Positions 60,708 to 64,000 of a stretch of 64,000 nucleotides of DNA are shown here, piece by piece. A program made the translations under genes and the position numbers. The notes beneath the pieces were generated by a model. The model was not told the origin of the DNA, searched no databases, and worked only from the letters and a program-made list of their open reading frames with translations. The DNA is from Cyanophora paradoxa CCMP329 (Eukaryota > Plantae > Glaucophyta), in the NCBI GenBank assembly GCA_004431415.1, contig QPMI01000129.1:248001-312000 (forward strand), given 5' to 3'. The number at the start of each line of letters is the position of its first letter. Position 1 is the stretch's first letter.

Positions 60708-63700
60708 ATGAGCTCCAGCATGGCGCCGATCAAGGCGGAGTATCTCGTTGCGGGCGAGCGGCTCTCGCGCGACGACGATGCGCTCACCGCGGACGACGCT
60801 GCGGTGCGCTGCCTTCCCCGCCCGCTCCCGAGGAGTGCGGACGCAGCAGCTCCGATCCGCTCGGCGCGGGCGATCGCACAGGCGGCAGCTCGGCCCCTAG
60901 CGCGAGGCTGGCACCGATCGATACCGATCGATTGGGGCAGGCGATCGAGCGGGATCTCGACGTAAACCATAGCTTAGCTTTCCGCGCAGGAGGCGAGCGA
61001 TGGGGATCGCCGGGGACGGAAGCGCGGCCAGAACAAGGACCGGGGACCGCAATCCTGGTGGCGCTCCTCGGTGGCCCTGTGCGAGTACGTTATCCGCGGG
61101 GACGCTTGCCCGTACGGAGAGGCGTGCAAGAAGAGCCACGACGTCGGCTCGTACGTCGGCTCCAAGCCGGCGGACATCTCGACGCGCTGCCCGAACTGGG
61201 AGGCGACGGGCGCCTGCCCCTTTGGCGCCACCTGCCGCTTCGCCTCGGGCCATGGCGCCGGCGGCGTCCTCACTCCCGCGTCGGTGCGCGCCAGGCAACC
61301 CCGCGCCCGCCCGCCCGCCCGCCCCGCCCCTCACACGGACCGGCGCGGCAGCAACGGCCGGCGGAGCCGAACGCGCTCCCGGGCGAGCTGCGGAACGCGC
61401 TGCGGGCGAGGCGGGTGCTGTACCCCGCGGCGGACAGCTTCGTGGAGCAGTGGAAGGAGGAGCTGCGGCGGCGCCAGGCGGAGCGCGAGGCCGCAGCCGG
61501 CGGAGGAAAAGCACCGGAGGCGGAGGCGGCGGCCGCGCCGCCCGAGCCGGCCCCCAGCGCCCCGGAGAGCGGTGCGGCCTTGCCCGTGCTGGCCGTGCTC
61601 AATGCCGGCTCACGCGCCGGCGCCCGGCGGCCTGCAGATGCGGAGTCGGAGTCGGCGGCGAGCGAGAGCCCGCGGGTGCATGTGGAGGGGCGGGGCGGGC
61701 CGGCGGCGGGCGCGGCCCCCCGCGAGTTCGTCCGCATCGACGGCGGCGACTTCAACTTCACGTACTCCGATCTCCGCGAGGAGCGCAGGCGCGCCCTCCG
61801 ATCCCGACCTGCATGTACCCCCGCGTGCGACGGCCCCGGCGCCCCTGCACGGCGCGCAGGGAGCGGGCGCGGCGGCTGCAGTGGCGCGGGGGCAAGCTCT
61901 ACCTGGCGCCCCTCACCACCGTCGGCAACCTCCCCTTCCGGTGCGCCCGCCGCGCCCGAGCTCCGCCGGCTGCCGCCGCTGAGTCGCAGGGGCGCAGGCG
62001 CCTCTGCAAGGACCTCGGGGCGGACATCACCTGTGCGCCGCCCCGGGGCGCGGGGAGGGGGGGGCGCACAGGGCTCTGGGAGCTGGCCGCACGGCGGGGC
62101 CTGAGGGGACGGGGGGCCAGGCGGGGAGATGGCGTTCGCGAGCGCGCTGCTGCAGGGCAAGGCCGCCGAGTGGGCCCTCCTCCGGCGGCACGAGTCGGAG
62201 GACCACTTCGGCGTGCAGGCGCGCCCCGGCGGACCCGCGCCGTGGGCCGTGCGCGCGCCCCGCTGAGCAGCGGCGGGCGGGTGCAGATCTGCGGGCGGGA
62301 CCCCGACATGATGGCCCAGGCCGGCCCCTCCACCTCGCCGCCCCCCCTCGTCCCCGCGCTGACCCCACGCAGGCCGCCGAGCTGCTCGAGCACGCCGCCC
62401 CCGAGATCGACTTCGTGGGTGCCCCCAGCTCGATTCCAGTGTGGCCATCGGAATCGGAATCGAGCTCCGATATCGGACGCAGACGTGAACATGGGGTGCC
62501 CGCTGGACGCGGTGGCGAAGCGCGGGGCCGGCTCGGCGCTCCTCGACAACCCGCGCCGCGTCGAGGGCATCGTCCGCGGCATGTCCCAGGTGCCCCGGAG
62601 GCTCTGGCGTGTCTCAAGTGTCTGAAGGGGCGGCATCGCTGACGTCGCGACCGGCGCTCTCTCTTCCCCCGCCGCGCGCGCGGGCAGATCCTCTCGGTGC
62701 CGCTGACGGTCAAGATGCGGGTCGGGTGCAAGGAGGCGAGCCCCGTGGCCCACAAGCTCATCCCCGCCATCGCCGCCTACGGCGCCGCCGCCATCGCCGT
62801 CCGCCCGCCCCGCCCTTCGAATTCGCCCGGTCCCCTCCAGACTCGCCGCCCCCGCAGCTGCACGGGCGCTCGCGCCTGCAGCGCTACTCCCGCGCCGCCG
62901 ACTGGGGGTACATCCACCAGTGCGCCGCCACCGTCCCCGACACCCCGGCGCGCCCCGCCCCTCCTCCACCCCCCCCCTCCCCCCCCCCCCCCCTTGATCC
63001 TCCCCCCCAGGTGTTCGGGAACGGGGACATTTTGTCGCAGGAGGAGGCGGCGGGGCACCTGGAGGGGGGCGACCTGGCGGGGCTCATGGTCGGCCGCGGC
63101 GCCCTCGTCAAGCCCTGGCTCTTCCGGTGCCCCCCCGCCCCGCCCCCGATCCCGGCCCCGGCCCCCCGCCCACTCTCGCCCCGCCCCAGGGAGATCAAGG
63201 AGCGCCGCACGTGGGACATCAGGCGCGCGTGGGCCGCGCTCGCACCGCCGCCGGCGAGGGCCTTCGGCTGAGAGGGGCGGGGCAGCGCTGGGGAGCGGCT
63301 GGAGCTGGTGCGGCGCTTCTGCGACTACGGCCTCACCCACTGGGGCTCCGATGACCGCGTCCGCCCCGCCCCGCCCCCGCCCCCGCGCCCCTCCCCCCGC
63401 CCTCCACCCCGCTGAGCGCTCGCAGGGCGTGGAGACCACGCGGCGCTACCTCCTCGAGGTGCCGCCTGCCGGCGCTACGCCGAGGCGCCGGGGGCCGAGC
63501 GGGGGGCGCTGAGGGCGGGGGGCGGGAGCAGTGGCTCTCGTTCGCGCACCGGTACATCCCGGCGGGGCTCCTCGAGGTCCTCCCGCAGCGCATCAACCAG
63601 CGCGCCCCCGCCTACCGCGGCCGCGATGAGGCCCGCCCCTCCCCCTAGCCCTCGTACTCCTCTCTCATCTCCCCTCCCAGATGGAGACGCTGCTGGCGGG

Positions 63701-63899
63701 CGAGACGGCGGCTGACTGGGTGAAGATCAGCGAGATGTTCCTCGGGAGGGTTCGCCCCGCCCCTCCCCTCCCGCCTCGCCCCGCGCCCCGCTTTCCTCCA
63801 GCCCGATCGCTCCGGCTTCGGGATCTGAATTCGATTCGCGCGGATACGCAGGTCCCCGAGGGCTTCGTCTTCATCCCCAAGCACAAGTCGAGCGGGTAG
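60708..63899 (+). CDS. DUS3L: tRNA-dihydrouridine(47) synthase DUS3-like
   Basis: APIKAEYL, two CCCH zinc fingers, [52 protein letters not shown]. Confidence 0.95.
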
Positions 63900-64000
63900 C
63901 CCCGCATGACTGTACATATGCATGTGGATCTAGATCTCCGCGTGCGGCTTGCGGCTCCAGGCATCTGTTGCGACAAACAGAACCAGTTAGCTTAGCTGTA

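Noticed and set aside
1-64000. Hundreds of long overlapping Arg/Pro/Gly/Ala-rich ORFs on both strands
   Set aside because: Expected from stop-codon scarcity at very high GC. The real genes are spliced and account for the coding signal.

Overview
Eukaryotic, very GC-rich, gene-dense nuclear DNA from a protist or alga. The style resembles a glaucophyte such as Cyanophora, but that is only a guess. About 21 protein-coding genes are split by many ~45-110 nt spliceosomal introns, so the raw ORF track is mostly misleading. Recognisable genes are an F-box/WD40 protein, SDHAF4, two F-box/LRR-like proteins, a PARP with an adjacent BRCT-only paralog, a cyclase-type membrane protein, MARCH6/Doa10, GST, Rab5, DYRK1, a type II PI4K (damaged), DPH5, GnT-I, a LARP4-like protein, PA200/PSME4, an FkbM methyltransferase, a kinase-only ATG1/ULK and DUS3L. 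The main unexplained structures are: (1) six H/ACA-like guide RNAs in one long PSME4 intron plus a seventh in another, with reduced ANA/AGA hinge boxes and a shared loop-terminal GU; (2) a PARP intron built as a patchwork of its own flanking exons; (3) roughly a quarter to a third of introns with GC donors and a GYSCGC donor consensus; (4) an AT-AC U12 intron in Rab5; (5) palindrome-rich intergenic islands sharing a TTGATCATGA motif. Gene spans were assembled by hand and include introns.
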